Shown here piece after piece: positions 25,993 through 36,900 of a stretch of 64,000 nt of DNA. The position numbers and the translations under genes were made by a program. Position 1 is the stretch's first letter; each line of letters begins with the position of its first letter. The stretch covers positions 7,688,001-7,752,000 of the forward strand of contig OZ176052.1 in NCBI GenBank assembly GCA_964247055.1. The letters run 5' to 3'. The DNA comes from Paragordius varius (Eukaryota > Animalia > Nematomorpha). The notes beneath the pieces are model-generated. The model ran no database searches, had not been told where the DNA came from, and was given only the letters and a program-made list of their open reading frames with translations.

Positions 25993-28900
25993 ATTTACAG
26001 AATTTATCATATTGTTGTCAAGTCATAGCAAGGCGTTAGGGCATGTACATTTATATTATATAAATGCATATTGTGAAAATTAATTTGGTATTATTAATTT
26101 TTTCAAAATTAATATTTTAGTTTAAAACACTTAATAATTTAAAATTAATAGATTGTTTTAACCAAATATATCAAAAAATATTACTTTATGATTGATATGT
26201 ATTCAAGTTCAAAGCTTTACAAAATAATAGGCGGTTGTTAACAAATTCGCAAAGTCACAAATGTTTAAAAAGGACAAATTCGAATTGGATATATATTATA
26301 TTTATTATAAAAAATATAACGTTAACCCAGGAGTTGATAATCAACATTACTGTTAATTTACCCATGGTTTCTGCCCTATATTTTTAAGTTATTATATTAT
26401 TTTAATGTTTAAAACATAAATTTTAACTCTAGATTCATATTTAGGTGAAAAAATATGTGTCGCCAAAAAGTGTGAAGAAAATATTTTTTTAGTTATTAAA
26501 AAATTTATAATTTATGCATATGTGAACATAAATGTTAAATGGGTTTTGTTAGATCTTTTTTTGAAATGAACCTCGGCTAGTCAACTATCTCCATTTTGTT
26601 ACGAAGTATTAAATTGCAATTCTATAAAAAATATATAATATCATATGTAAAATTTACTGAAGGATTGTCTCTTTAACAGATGTTAATTTAATATTTTAGG
26701 TTAAATAAATGGGGAATGAGTAGGCGAGTTCTAGAGATTTAAATATTATTTATACAAACGAGGTCCGTACCTACCAAAAATCAATAAAGCTTAGATGTGG
26801 CTATTTAAAATTATAATTAACATATTTGCATCATAATGTGGCAAATGAAAAATTTAATTAGTTTTTTAAAGATTAAATATATAATATATAATCAGATTTA
26901 GGTCATATTAATTAATATTTAGCCGTTAATAATCTTTTATTCAAAAACATGTTTATAAATTTAATAGTCATTATTATCTCGACTAATTGTTAGCGTAAAA
27001 CGAGAAAAATATTGAGTATCAAAATAAATTCAGCCAAACGCATTTGAAATTTTAAATATTTTAACAAATATTAAGACTGAAATATCAGTATCATCAAATA
27101 CATTGCTAATATGTGTAAATATTTCTGCTGATGTTTATACATCCAACTGTAAAAATATTTACTCTACCTCATGCTTGCGCCAATTGCTGATGCAGTCACG
27201 GGTACTACAAATATAAACTTCGCCAAAAAATCTAATACAAGATCTTTCTCAAAACCCCTTTTTCCTGTAGATTTTGGTGGCCGTAAGCTTGAAATGTCTT
27301 TTTTGATTTTTATTATTTAAATAATTTTCTGATTTACATTCTTCTTTAGTAAAATATATATTCAGAAAATAAACATAAACTAATCTAATAAGTGGAACGG
27401 CTCTAGAAAGGTTTTCGGTCATTTGCGCCAATCAAACCATTCCTTGTGGGTAACGCACCGCAGCTTTAAGAAAAAAAGGCATATTATTGATAATTATTTA
27501 AATTGGGGGTTAGCATAATAAATAAGGAACAGAAACTAAGATGAAATAGCGTGAAGTTTTTTAGTTTTTACAAAGTCACATTAATCATATATGATTAAAG
27601 ATATGCTCAAATACTAAAATGAATTTTATATTCAATAGATTCCCTATAATTTGTTATGGTAGATCATTTTGAATTGAATAGGTAAAAGTTGTAATTGCTA
27701 AAATTCTAAGAATATTATTATAGTGAAGTGCCGAAAACAAGTGTGGCTTGAAAATTGAAGTTCTCTTTCTTATCCCCTTTGAGGGTCTGAAACAAGGTTG
27801 CTAATTGACTGAATTTTAAATAATTAACAAACCTAAATAAAAAAAACGCCATAATCCGTTGATAAACATCTGCTTTTCAAGATGTTTATGACAAAGTTAT
27901 TAGAGAATAATCATTTCCGATCAAATATGTATAGGATTTAAACCTCTTGTAGTATAAAACACTTGTTCATAAATTACCGTGGCACATATCAAACTCGGTG
28001 TTAAACCATAGAAATAATTTCTTAACTATAATAAAAATGTGAATTAGATTTATAACATAGTTAGCTATCCGCAAACCTTACCCAACACATAGATTATATA
28101 TAAATAAGCTAATGGGAAAAATTATAGAGACCTTTAAACAGTAATTCCACATTTCTCGCGAGTATGCCCGCTTTTTTAAGTTGGAGAATAATAATTTTGA
28201 ACGGATTACATATTTATACTCAAGTAAATAGTGAGAAATATAATCGTGAATAATAATTTTACAAAAGTCGATATATTCTCGTGAAATATTTTATTTCTAC
28301 TTTTCGTTGTTCCACAGGGTTAAAAATCGTCTTTATTCACTTTGTCCTAATTTAAAATATCTAAATTCGATATTAAAATCAACATGACCTTTCGGTGAAT
28401 ATTATCTATTCCAGTGGTACTCACCAAAAAATTTTAAAGGGCCAAGAAAAAATTCTTGTCTCAAGGGCCATGTACCTAACAAAAAATATTTCAAAGCTGC
28501 TTGGCACAAATACTTTAGGTCCCACCCTCTTGTTCCACCAACAAATCTTTATTTTGACATAACAATAATTAGGTTTGCCTGAGATTTTTATTTAAAAAAC
28601 TTGTATTTTTTTGGAGTCATGGTCAGGTTCGACCGCCAATATTATCACTTAAAATGATCGTCCAAACTCTACCTCTGACCAATTGACCAATACCTTAAAG
28701 TTGATACAGTTATTAACATATAATGGAAAATAAGCCATATTTGTCTTATAAGAGTGGTTACCTGAGACAATTGAATCGCCATAAAGCTCTGTGTATAACG
28801 TCTCTAGCTTAAAGCTTGTAATTTGTCACTCTCTTTATTGTGTCCATCCATCTCTACTCTTCTAAAAACTTATTTTGTTAAAAAAACTTTCATAACACCC

Positions 28901-29689
28901 CATTACTTTTTTAAAAACCTATATCTAAGGTGTTACTTGTGATAGAGTAGCCGCGTCCAACATGCGCCCTCCATTTTGACAACCGCAAAAAAATGAAAAA
29001 ATTAAATAAATACAAAATAATAAAATTTTAGAAATTACTTGGTAAAAATATAAAATTTATGCCATTTACCTCAAATAAATTTCTTTCAATAATTTATCTT
29101 TATCTAATTCTATTTCGTTCAACTTAATTAATTGTTGATTAAAGGGTTATAAGGGCATTCAATACACATTCTAACCACATATTACCCTTTGGGATTGTAA
29201 AGTACTATGATTTAATTGTAAAAATTAACATTTCTTCAAAATCTTCATAGAATACCGTAAAGTTGAATAAATTTAAAATATTTTATTAAGTATGATTTTA
29301 AAAAATGTGCGCAAATATGAATGCCAAGTTTCGACAACATAAATAAAATTAAAATGTTTAGCAGATATATAATGGTTTTTTTTACAGTTGCATGATTGAA
29401 ATATAATATATATTTGAAACGTGCTAGTTTTTTAGAGAGGCCCCCGCCAATAATTTTGTGCAAAATATGAGGCCAAGCCATTATGTTTAAAATTTTAGAA
29501 AAAAACTAATTAAAAGGCTATTTATGCTGGAATTAATTTATGAAGCATTAAATTCGCTTATTAGAAAACATGTTTATACTTTTAGAATTTCAATAACCAA
29601 AAACTTTGATATAATCAAATCGATGCATCAATTCAAAAAGCAATTAACTCCATTTTATAATTAATTAATTTTACATAACAGTAATGTAT

Positions 29690-31543
29690 TTTTTTATCTC
29701 TAATATATTTAATCTAATCTTGTCAACGAATCGCATCCCTAATGATTGGTCAAAAAGCACCATCATACCCATTTATAAAAACAAAGGAGACATACTCATT
29801 TGTTCCTCCTATAGACCACTACAGTTGTTGGAACACCCGTTTAAAATTTTTGCATTATTGAATCAAAACTAAGATCAATCATTAGTATACAGGAATCACA
29901 ATATGCCTATAAACCAAACAGTAGCACAATTGATGCAATCTTCATTTTGAGAAGATTGCAAGAGAATTATTTAGCGAAAAATAAAAACTCTATCATGTTT
30001 TTTTGATTTACAAAGGGCCTTTGATTGTATCCCCAGGAAGTTAATCACATACGAGCCAATAATGTAGATGATTGGATAATCAAATCAATAGAAATGATGT
30101 ACTACAAAACAACAAACTGCGTCAGATTAAAACTAGGCAACACAGCTTTTGTTCCAAACGAATCTGGTCTTCATCAAGGGTCCATCCTAAGCCCTCTATT
30201 TTTCATTTTAATAATGGATAACCTAACAAAAGATATAAAACAAGGCCTACCATGACTTATCTATGCGGACGACATTGTCCTCACTGCAACATCAATGGAA
30301 GAATTAAATCTAAAATACAACACATGGAAATCACACTTAGAAAAGGGTGGAATGAATATAAATATAAGCAAAACAAAGGTGCTGATAACGGGTGAAACTG
30401 TATATGAACGACCTAAGTGAACGAGTTTAATATAGAAATAAAATTTATTATCTCAAATTGTCATTTTATAACTGATTCCTTTGTGATTGTATAGGTTTAT
30501 TTATATATTTTAGCAAGGATAATTGACAATAACTAAATTGGAATACTATTTGTATTAAATACAATGTCACATAAAATATCCATATATATAAATAAAATGT
30601 CATATAAAATATAAATAATAATAATAATAATTTAACTTAAGGTTATAAACTTGGCAACTAACTTAATTAGAATACCATTTGTAATAAATACAATCATACA
30701 AATTATCCATATAAATAATAATAATTTAACCTAAGGTTATAAAGAATTAACACAGTTTCCATGTGGAGTATGTGATTTAGATGTTAAACTCAATTCAATC
30801 CTATGTACATCATGCAATAAGTAGGTACACAAAAAGAGCTAACTTATAAAAGGGACATTAATTTAACAATGATAAATTTATATGTGAATCATGCAAAAAT
30901 AAAACAATAAATCACTCACCCACTTCAATGAATTACCTTTATATGGCAGACGCCAAAATCGAATTGGTGAATAATTTCAAATACTTGGGCGATGTCATAC
31001 GTTGTCTAGGTGGAATAAACCAATCAGTTAAATATAGATCCCAACAGGCTTGGGTAAAATATCATCAACTTAAAATAGTGCTCAAAAATAAACACATATC
31101 AGGAAAAAACAAAGGTTTGATTTACAAAGCGGACATACGTCCCATACTCCTGTATGGAAGCGAGACATGGCCGCGATGACAGATTCAATCGAGAAAAAAC
31201 TAATGAACATACAAAAACGGATGCTAAATTTATTCGACCCCAATGAGTTAAATTCAAATTTGCATAAACTGTACCAAATTGAACCTTTAAATGTTATGTT
31301 CAGAAAAAATAAGCTTAGATATTTCGGACACATCAAACGTGCTCTAGAACAATGGACAAATAAAATTTTATCCCTACATCCCGAAGGTAACAATTGCAGG
31401 GGTAGACCTTCATTTAACTGGGAAAAAAACAATAAATAATGATTTAAGTGTTGTTAACATTGATGATAACGCCTGGCAGGATCGCAAATATTACAGACAG
31501 CTTCTATACGGATACAATGGCTAGCCATTACACAAAGACGATA
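29690..31543 (+). mobile_element. 5'-truncated, mutated RTE-clade non-LTR retrotransposon, with 338-bp insertion at 30419-30756
   Basis: RT motifs [47 protein letters not shown]; Cys-rich insert PCGVC..SILCTSCNK typical of RTE; multiple stops and frameshifts. Confidence 0.9.
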
Positions 31544-31791
31544 TATACATTTATGTAATATTTGGTAGTCAAAAGTTAATCAGAATAATTATTTCTATAA
31601 TGCGCTTACAAGCCAGAAATGTATATTTAATATCGCCCAACATTAAGACGTAATTAAATAATTTATGCTTGTAGTCAGGGGTAAAAACTAACCGAAAAGA
31701 TGATAAACTGTCCTAATAATTCGTTTTACAGAAAACTATATATAAAATTAAGCCATAAAATGCAAATTATTTATTCAATTGTTTTCAAATG

Positions 31792-32335
31792 CTACATATT
31801 GCGGGTTGGGAACCAAGGGATCAGAACTTCGGCAAATTTTTTTCCTATGAAAAATTAAAAAAATGAATTGTACTTGGCATTGGTGGAGGCAATTGATCTT
31901 GATGATTTCGCATATACCATAAAATCCTGTTTCTTTCCTCATATTGGTGTATGTAATAATATTTAACACCGTACCAGGTTGTAGGACCGACAGCAGCAGC
32001 ACCAATAATGTATGGAGAAAAAGCTAGATATAATGTTAATTATAATTCTAACTTATAAAGCGTGGAATATTTGTCAAATTCCTATATGAACATATAACTA
32101 TTGTCATAAGCGCCAAAGTATGAAAAGTGTAATATTTTTGTTGATTCCTAACATAATCATCGGTAAAAAGCATTTTATCAATTTTCTTTTCTAAATCTGA
32201 CCGTTTATCTTTAGAAAAATCGTGGGATTGGGTTGGTAGATGCACGTCCTCATCCCAATTTGGATAAATCGGAGTAATACCGAATCTAAAAGCCCCATCA
32301 AAGCCAAAATATTGACTTTCGTCATAAAACTTCAT
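31792..32335 (-). CDS. NDUFC2: NADH dehydrogenase 1 subunit C2 (B14.5b)-like; exons 32335-32053, 32023-31874, 31844-31792 (161 aa)
   Basis: Removing two 29-nt GT-AG introns gives ...ERNRILWYMRNHQDQLPPPMPRKKFAEVLIPWFPTRNM*. This matches the remembered NDUFC2 C-terminus (human YMKLHPEDFP..KKTYGEIFEKFHPIR) and has two upstream hydrophobic segments. Confidence 0.75.
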
Positions 32336-32409
32336 AGTAAAAACATGCGTTTGTTAACATGCACAGACAAAAACATATTGATTTTGGCAAAAATTCAAAT
32401 TAAAGTTTT
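32336..32409. promoter_or_regulatory. 74-bp gap between divergent start codons of NDUFC2-like and POLE (bidirectional promoter)
   Basis: ATG at 32335 (-) and ATG at 32410 (+). Confidence 0.7.
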
Positions 32410-33928
32410 ATGGACTCAGAATATCAGCTTATAAAACAAAAAACTTTGTTGTCCATTGATGAATATTATGGTTATTATGATGATTGCTATGAATATGAAA
32501 AGATTGGTTGGTTAATTAATATTCAACCGGTATAATTAAAATTATTTTTAAGACCGTTTGTGTAAGCGAAAAGAATACCATAAAAAGCTGTGTAAATTAT
32601 TATTTTCTGGAAAATAATGGGCGAAAATTTAAGTGCACATTGCATTACAATCAATATTTTTATTTGAAAGTAGATCCACATTTTTTCAGAGAAATCGTTG
32701 GATATTTAAATAGAAAATTTCAAGGAATCATCTATGATATTAAATATGAAGCAAGGGAAGACCTGGATGCAGTACCTTTATATATAAAGATAGAAACCGG
32801 ATCATTTATTTGGCTCAAAAACCATATATCTCAAGTTGTTATTTGAAAATGTTCAAAATTTAATGAAAGTTAAAAAGATGTTAAATCCAATTATACGGAG
32901 AAACAAAGAATTCTATTTATCCCAAGATGTCTTTACCAATCGGTACAATTGAATTAGCTTTATTTTGATTCAAATATCTTGAAAGACGTTCTGTATCGAG
33001 ATAAGAAATCGAATCATTTTTATAGGAATCAAAAACTTTTTTTCAGAACAGTTTTGAATCAAAAAAGAACTAAAATCAGTTCCAAAATATTTTTTAGAAT
33101 ATAATGTTTTTTTATATGAATAATAAAAGTATATTTTTTTCTATTTTTCAGAATAGCACACTATTTTTTATGGCCTATATATATATATATATATATTATA
33201 GTTTTTGCGGGTATCTATCAGGGTAAAAATTTTAAATTAAAAACCAATAGAACCGGAAATTTTTTTGCAAAAAAGCAGGAATTAGCAAAAATCTCTAGCA
33301 GAACCTTATCGGCTAAAAAATAATTTGGAAGAACCGAAACTAAATCCAAAAACGGTCTTGATAAAGATTCAACCCTTAAATAGATTATTTTACCGATTAC
33401 ATTAACATATGCTTTATTGTTTTTTTGTTAGCAATATTTCAGTGTCTAACATTCAAGTAATACAAAATACTAACACGGTGAATACTGCTCACCAGAACAA
33501 TGATGATTTAATTGCAACACATATTCTCGATATGTTGGAATATGATGTACCATATTATATCCGCGTATCCATAGATTTAAAAATATTTGTCGGTCATTGG
33601 TACAAGGTGAAGACTAAAACGGGTCAAGAAGAGCATTTAAATCCAGAAATAATTTTGATACCGGATCTTGAGGAAAGGCCTGTAAGTTTTTTTTTTATTT
33701 TGTATAATATACATTTATATCGGCGTAAAAATAATGCATTAACATTTTATTCCGGTTTTTGAGCTTTATGATTGAACACATTTGAATTTGGTATGAAAAA
33801 TATATCATTTCGCTTTAAAGAAGATTGATGGCTATCAAATATATATTTTATAGGATAATGTGAAAAAATATTTTTTTAATAAATGAAGAATTTTTACTGG
33901 TTTGCACAACATTTCCAATTTTATCGTT

Positions 33929-33969
<41 letters not shown>

Positions 33970-36900
33970 ATTTACAATTCAAATCCAATTTTAAACAATA
34001 TAAATATCCCCTGAACAATTCAAATTCACCCTAAAATATATTATGTGTTTTTTTGAGATTAAACATTACCTATATTTTTTTAAAAAATTTGTTTTAAATT
34101 AAAATAATACCGAAAAAATAATAAACTATGCCATCAAGATATATTTCATAATAATAATAAAATATATTAGTTCGAAAACACATAAATTATTAGGGTAAAT
34201 TTGAATTTTTCAAGGGTGAATTTGAAGTGTAAATGGTATATATAAGCAGTAATATCTAGTATATTGTTATTAAATACTATGAACCGTTTACAATTTGCTA
34301 TTTATTATTATGGTTTAAATTATTAAACGGCCTTCAGTAAAGTACCGAAAAAACTATATTAATAGTTTGCAATATGGCTAAAAGAAAAATGACCTTTTTG
34401 TTTATCTTTCTCCTCGCTTTCTGTGATTTATGGCCATTAAAATAATATATATTTTTTGCTAGTTGTTTTTATAAACTACCTTACCTTAAATTGAATATTA
34501 ACTATGGCTATTTTAGGAAACTTTATGATGAATTTAATTTTATGTTTAACATATTAATTTTTACCTAAATCTTAATACTTAATGTAGTTTAATCTGTTGT
34601 AAAACATTATAACGTTAATTATTATGATAGTAATATATTTCTAAATTTCCATAGTTTTTCATAAAGTATTTATTTGATCATTGAATTGATAATTGTAATA
34701 CATTTGAATTAAAGTATTTCTTGCCAATCTTTTTATATTGTAAAACTATATATTACTAGGAACCAATAATTTTAGCCTTTGATATAGAAACTACTAAAGC
34801 CCCATTAAAATTTCCCGATGAAAATATCGATCAAATCATGATGATCTCCTATATGATAGATGGACAGGTTGAATTTTAATTTAATTTGCGAAAACATTTA
34901 TAAAATTCGGACAAAGAATAATTAATTTTATTGACATTTATAAATAATTTACATTTTTTAGGGTTATCTAATCACAAATCGTCAAATTGTTTCCAAAGAT
35001 ATTGATAATTTTGATTACAATCCAACGCCTGAATTTTCTGGTCATTTTAAAATATTTAACGAAGAAGATGAGGTTTATATTTTTAACATTAATATATTTA
35101 AATTATTATATAACATTAAATATATTTTTTGTTATTATAATTTTATAATAAAATCAAGAACATATTGCATGATAGTTTAATATTTTTGTCATATATTTAA
35201 CTCATTTTTGTGATATACAGTGTGATCAAATATACATTGCTGGTTTTTCATTAAATTTTGCCAGATAGCATTTTTAGTAACGGATTTAATTGTGTTCATA
35301 ATTAAAGAAAAAAGAAAGCGATAAATTATATTATTATATGCACCAACTTTCAACCAATAATGCATCTCTTGACTGTTAACATATACCATTTACAAATCAA
35401 ATTCACCCTTGAACAATTCAAATTCACACTAAAAATAATTTATCTGTTTTCGGGGTAATATCATCATTAATATGAAATATATTTTTACCACATAGTTTAT
35501 TATTTTTTCAAAATTATATTATTTAACAGAATTTTATATTTTGAGATAATTTTTAATCTTAAAAACACATAATTTATTTTGGGGTGAATTAGAATTGTTC
35601 GAGGGTGAATTTGAACTGTAAATGGATATCCGGTAATATTCAATAAATAAACTAACATTATTTATTTAGGCACACTCTTTATATAAACTATAATCTTTGC
35701 AGACGTGTATATTTATTATTGCTAATTTTTATACCAATTATTTTATTATTTTATAGTTTTTTTTGCCCTTAGATTGCACTTATAAATCGGTTCATAACAC
35801 ACATTCATGAAGTACAACCTAGTATTATAGTAACGTATAACGGTGATTTTTTTGATTGGCCTTTTGTTGTGGCCCGCGCACGCATTCATGGAATTGATGT
35901 TTTCAAAGTTTTGGGGTTTTCTGAGGATTCTCAAAAAAATTTCACCAGCCGTCCCTGCATCCATATGGATTGCCTTAAGTTAGTATAAATGATGTTTAAA
36001 TAATATAGTTTATTAAATTTAAAAAATTTAGAAAAAAAACTAATGAAAACCAAATTATAGTGTGTTCATGGCCAAAAAATTTTGAATTTATATATTTTTA
36101 AATTGTTGAATATTAAATTACACATTATGTGAAAACTTAAATGCTAATTTTTTGTTTAAAATTGGATGATGTAACAATTATATTAAATTTTTATTGACTT
36201 TGAATAATTATAATTTTAACTAGGCTATGTCCTTTTCCATTGCCCAAAAAAATATATTTTTTCACAGATTCAGATGAGGTATGTTAAATATGTGTTTTAT
36301 AATTTTTATAGATGGGTAAAGCGTGACAGTTATTTGCCAGTGGGAAGTCAAGGGTTGAAATCTGTTGCTAAAGTATGAATATTTTTATATTAATCAGTAC
36401 ATTTCCCAAAATTTCCCAAAAACCGTATTTACTGTAATGAAAATTATTTTTTGTTTCAATTTTAAAAAATTGGTTTTTTTTGTAAACCTTTTAGTTAAAA
36501 CTCAATTATCATCCCTCCGAATTGGATCCTGAACGCATGGTAGCGATGGCAGTTGAAAATCCGCAAGTTTTAGCAAGTTATTCTGTGTCAGATGCTTTGG
36601 CCACGTACTACCTTTATGTCAAATACATTCATTCCTTCATATTTTCCTTGTGTACCATAGTCCCTATGTGCCCTGATGATGTAATGATAATATTTAATAC
36701 AACTTAAATTTGGAAAATGTAGTATGATTAAATATACATTGCTGATAGTTTATAAAATATTGCCAGATATCATTTAAAGAAAAGAAAATATTACTAGTCA
36801 ATAGCAGTAAAAAGCGAAAAGATAAATATTGCCCAATAATATTGCTGTATGCTCCAAATGCTATCTGACAATAATAAATGAAAAACTAGCATTGTATACT

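Noticed and set aside
30417-30755. RTE insertion as a newly gained GT-AG intron
   Set aside because: Splicing would remove one base more than the insertion and not restore the frame.
35189-35389. Nested antisense gene in a POLE intron
   Set aside because: The start overlaps the MITE terminus; no recognisable motif or splice partners.
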